DNA of 64,000 nucleotides from Bacteroidales bacterium (GTDB lineage Bacteria; Bacteroidota; Bacteroidia; Bacteroidales; WCHB1-69): NCBI GenBank assembly GCA_016285145.1, contig JAEEQE010000004.1, positions 45,022 to 109,021 of the forward strand, read 5' to 3'. Shown piece by piece: positions 61,517 to 64,000 of this stretch (position 1 is its first letter; each line of letters starts with the position of its first letter). The notes under the pieces were generated by a model. It saw only the letters and a program-made list of their open reading frames with translations, ran no database searches and was not told where the DNA came from. The position numbers and the translations under genes were made by a program.

Positions 61517-61524
61517 CAAAGATA
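61517..61524 (-). promoter_or_regulatory. -7 box (TATCTTTG on minus strand) driving the riboswitch transcript
   Basis: Plus strand cggcggCAAAGATAgg lies directly 5' of the aptamer on the minus strand. Confidence 0.45.
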
Positions 61525-61545
61525 GGATTTTTTGTGGAAATGTGT

Positions 61546-61553
61546 TATCTTTG
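61546..61553 (+). promoter_or_regulatory. -7 box TATCTTTG for yggS
   Basis: gtgtTATCTTTGccaacc lies 55 nt upstream of ATG 61608. Confidence 0.4.
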
Positions 61554-61607
61554 CCAACCGAAGTTTTATTGTTTTTTTAACGCGTTTGACACGACTGTTT
61601 TTACACT

Positions 61608-62273
61608 ATGGATATAGAAAAATACCTCGAAATCAGAAACGGACTGCCGGACTCCGTACAACTGATAGCGGTTTCCAAATTCAAGCCGGCAACCGACATC
61701 CAGACCCTTTACAATGAAGGGCAGCGGGCCTTTGGCGAGAACAAGGCCCAGGAGATGAAAGCCAAACACGAAATTCTGCCCAAAGATATCCAATGGCATT
61801 TCATCGGGCACCTCCAGACCAACAAGATCAAATACATCGCCCCATATGTGACGATGATTCACAGCATTGACAGCGAGGCTCTTTTGGTGGAGGTGGACAA
61901 ACACGCCCGCAAGAACGAGCGCGTGATCCCCTGCCTGCTACAGTTCCACATTGCCGAAGAGGAGACCAAATTCGGATTCTCGTTCGAGGAGTGCGAAGCC
62001 ATGCTCCGTGGCGACGTGTTCCCCACCCTGAAAAATGTGAAAATCTGCGGCGTGATGGGCATGGCCACCTTCACGGAGGATATGGGCCAAGTGCGGCGCG
62101 AGTTCCAACATCTGCACCAGATTTTCAACACACTGAAAGCCGATTTCTTCCAAAACAATGACGATTTCAAGGAAATTTCCATGGGCATGACCGACGACTA
62201 TCCTATCGCCATCGAGGAGGGCAGCACCCTCATCCGCATCGGCAGCGCCATCTTCGGACCGAGAAACTATTAA
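61608..62273 (+). CDS. yggS: YggS-family pyridoxal-phosphate homeostasis protein
   Basis: LIAVSKFKP carries the PLP Lys. FGENKAQE and WHFIGHLQTNKIKYI are also present. Confidence 0.9.
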   Translation: MDIEKYLEIRNGLPDSVQLIAVSKFKPATDIQTLYNEGQRAFGENKAQEMKAKHEILPKDIQWHFIGHLQTNKIKYIAPYVTMIHSIDSEALLVEVDKHARKNERVIPCLLQFHIAEEETKFGFSFEECEAMLRGDVFPTLKNVKICGVMGMATFTEDMGQVRREFQHLHQIFNTLKADFFQNNDDFKEISMGMTDDYPIAIEEGSTLIRIGSAIFGPRNY

Positions 62274-62276
62274 ATC

Positions 62277-62392
62277 AATAGCTATTGGCCATTAGCCATT
62301 GGCTATTTAACAAGCAAACACTATTATTTAATACATTATTTTATTAAACAAGCACCAATTAACTAAAAGCCAACGGCTAATAGCCAACTGCC
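62277..62392. repeat. Cluster of short AGCCAA(T/C)-type repeats flanking an AT-rich core in the yggS-polA intergenic region
   Basis: aatagctattggccattagccattggctattt (62277..62308) contains the palindrome TAGCCA-T-TGGCTA. agccaacggctaatagccaactgcc lies at 62368..62392. Confidence 0.6.
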
Positions 62393-62394
62393 AT

Positions 62395-64000
62395 ATGAAA
62401 CCCAAACTTTTCCTGATAGACGCGATGGGCTTGATTTTCAGAGCCTATTATGCCATGATTAAAAGTCCGCGATACACCTCCAAAGGACTGAACACCTCCG
62501 CCATATTGGGCTTTACCAATATGTTTTACGAGATTATCAAGAAGGAGAAACCCACACACATCGCGGTGGCGTTCGATACGGGCGCACCCACGTTCCGCCA
62601 CGCGGACTTCGAGAGCTACAAGGCCAACCGCGAGGCCACACCCGACGACATCGTCAACTCGGTGCCCTACATCCAACGCATCTTGGAGGCCTTCCGCGTC
62701 ACGATGGTGGCCATGGACGGCTACGAAGCCGACGATGTGGTGGGGACGCTCGCCAAACACGCTGAAATTGAGGGTTTTGATGTTTTTATGATGACCTCTG
62801 ACAAAGATTATGGCCAGTTAGTCTCCCCGAACATCAAGATGTACAAGCCTGGCAAGTTCGGCCAGCCAGCGGAGATTCTCGGGCCGGCAGAAGTCTGCGA
62901 AAAATACAAAATCAACCGGCCCGAACAACTGATCGATATGCTCGGACTGTGGGGCGACAGTTCCGACAACATTCCTGGCGTGCCCGGCATCGGACAGGTG
63001 CGCGCTCAGAAACTGTTAGCCAACTACGACACCATCGAGAATATGTACGCCTGCAACCTCGACAAGGACAACGAGAAAACCCGCGCACTCCTGCTCGAAT
63101 ACAAGGAGCAGGCGTTTTTATCTAAACAGTTGGCTACCATCATGATCGATGTGCCCGTGGAATATAATTTCGACGATATGGCCTACAAAGGTCCCGACCC
63201 CGCCAAACTGAAAACCATCTTCGACGAGCTGGAGTTCCGGGCTCTCTCCCAGCGCATCTTCACCGACCTGTCGCTGCAACCGCAGGCCCCGGCGGAAGTG
63301 GACCTCTTCAACCAAGGGGATGAAACCAGCCCCGAAACGTCATCCATTCCCCAGGAAAACATCTTGCCCGCCAACATCATCCCCATCGAATCCATAGACC
63401 AACTCCCCTTAGCCAACAGCCAACAGCCAATGGCCAATAGCCAATGTTACTTCGACTGGATCATGCAGGACGACAAAATCGCCGGCTTTGCCTTTGCGTT
63501 TGAAAACGATACTGCCTATTATCATTTGGTGGAAAGCGAACATCGTCATTATCAAAAACTTATAAACTGGATTTTCACCCAAAACCATACGGTGGTAACC
63601 TACGACAGCAAGCCCACCTATAAGTACCTGAAGACTTTTCGGGTGGAACCCACTGTCAGGATTTTCGATTTGCAGATAGCCCATTACCTCATCCAGCCGG
63701 AAAACCGTCACGACTTGGACCGGATGGCCGCATCTTATCTTTCTTATACATTTCAAAACAGCAAAAAAGAAATTCAAGACATTGCCATTGAGCGGATTTC
63801 CTGTTTTATAAAACTGCAACCTTTATTGGAGAAAGAGTTGCAGGACAGTGAATTAGTGCCTCTTTTCGAAAAAGTGGAGATGCCGTTGGTGCCCGTGTTG
63901 GCCGAGATGGAGCGCACAGGCGTGCGGGTGGATCCCGCTACGTTGCAGCAGAACTCCGCCACCATGGATGCAGAAATCAAAAATTTGGAAAGCCAGATTT
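62395..64000 (+). CDS. polA: DNA polymerase I (N-terminal 5'-3' exonuclease and start of the 3'-5' exo/polymerase part; continues beyond the right edge)
   Basis: Absent from the ORF track because it is edge-truncated. My translation from ATG 62395 reads MKPKLFLIDAMGLIFRAYYAMIKSPRYTSKGLNTSAILGFTNMFYEIIKKEKPTHIAVAFDTGAPTFRHADFESYKANREATPDD...DNIPGVPGIG, the 5' nuclease signature. Confidence 0.93.
   Translation, partial: MKPKLFLIDAMGLIFRAYYAMIKSPRYTSKGLNTSAILGFTNMFYEIIKKEKPTHIAVAFDTGAPTFRHADFESYKANREATPDDIVNSVPYIQRILEAFRVTMVAMDGYEADDVVGTLAKHAEIEGFDVFMMTSDKDYGQLVSPNIKMYKPGKFGQPAEILGPAEVCEKYKINRPEQLIDMLGLWGDSSDNIPGVPGIGQVRAQKLLANYDTIENMYACNLDKDNEKTRALLLEYKEQAFLSKQLATIMIDVPVEYNFDDMAYKGPDPAKLKTIFDELEFRALSQRIFTDLSLQPQAPAEVDLFNQGDETSPETSSIPQENILPANIIPIESIDQLPLANSQQPMANSQCYFDWIMQDDKIAGFAFAFENDTAYYHLVESEHRHYQKLINWIFTQNHTVVTYDSKPTYKYLKTFRVEPTVRIFDLQIAHYLIQPENRHDLDRMAASYLSYTFQNSKKEIQDIAIERISCFIKLQPLLEKELQDSELVPLFEKVEMPLVPVLAEMERTGVRVDPATLQQNSATMDAEIKNLESQI

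Noticed and set aside
61239-61617. Three overlapping small ORFs (79, 93 and 120 aa) between the 639-aa gene and yggS
   Set aside because: The region is fully explained by a cobalamin riboswitch plus two divergent promoters. The ORFs have no coding features and overlap each other in different frames and strands.

Overview
This 64-kb window looks like a Bacteroidota (Bacteroidales-like) chromosome segment. The evidence is recurrent TAnnTTTG -7 promoter boxes, T9SS C-terminal sorting domains and weak Shine-Dalgarno usage. All calls are made by eye from the translations and the raw sequence, with no searches run.

Most of the window is housekeeping: atpD (edge-truncated), tRNA-Gly, pyrG, purF-like, secA, ribD, yigZ, manC, pgk, thyA, mrp/apbC, ssb, tRNA-Arg, yggS and polA (edge-truncated).

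Five regions stand out:
- **Giant-protein operon (25.3-48.9 kb, minus strand).** Four tightly packed genes encode a 3834-aa beta-helix/CARDB protein, an AT-rich 436-aa orphan with a poly-Asn tail, a thrombospondin-type-3 calcium-repeat protein, and a 3082-aa repeat protein with a T9SS sorting tail.
- **Cobalamin riboswitch (about 61.33-61.51 kb, minus strand).** It appears to control not a transporter but a 639-aa T9SS-secreted protein with two transcobalamin-like repeats.
- **rtcB module.** A divergent HTH-WYL regulator sits next to rtcB, followed by a structured RNA leader and an unrecognised coiled-coil protein.
- **Restriction-modification islet.** It is AT-rich and pairs a Dam-like methyltransferase with an AlwI/BstNBI-family endonuclease.
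- **Two unusual single genes.** One is an EF-G paralog with the catalytic His replaced by Phe. The other is a CBS-pair protein with an N-terminal HEPN-like Rx4H motif.

Many long ORFs in the supplied track are antisense shadows of GC3-rich genes and were rejected.
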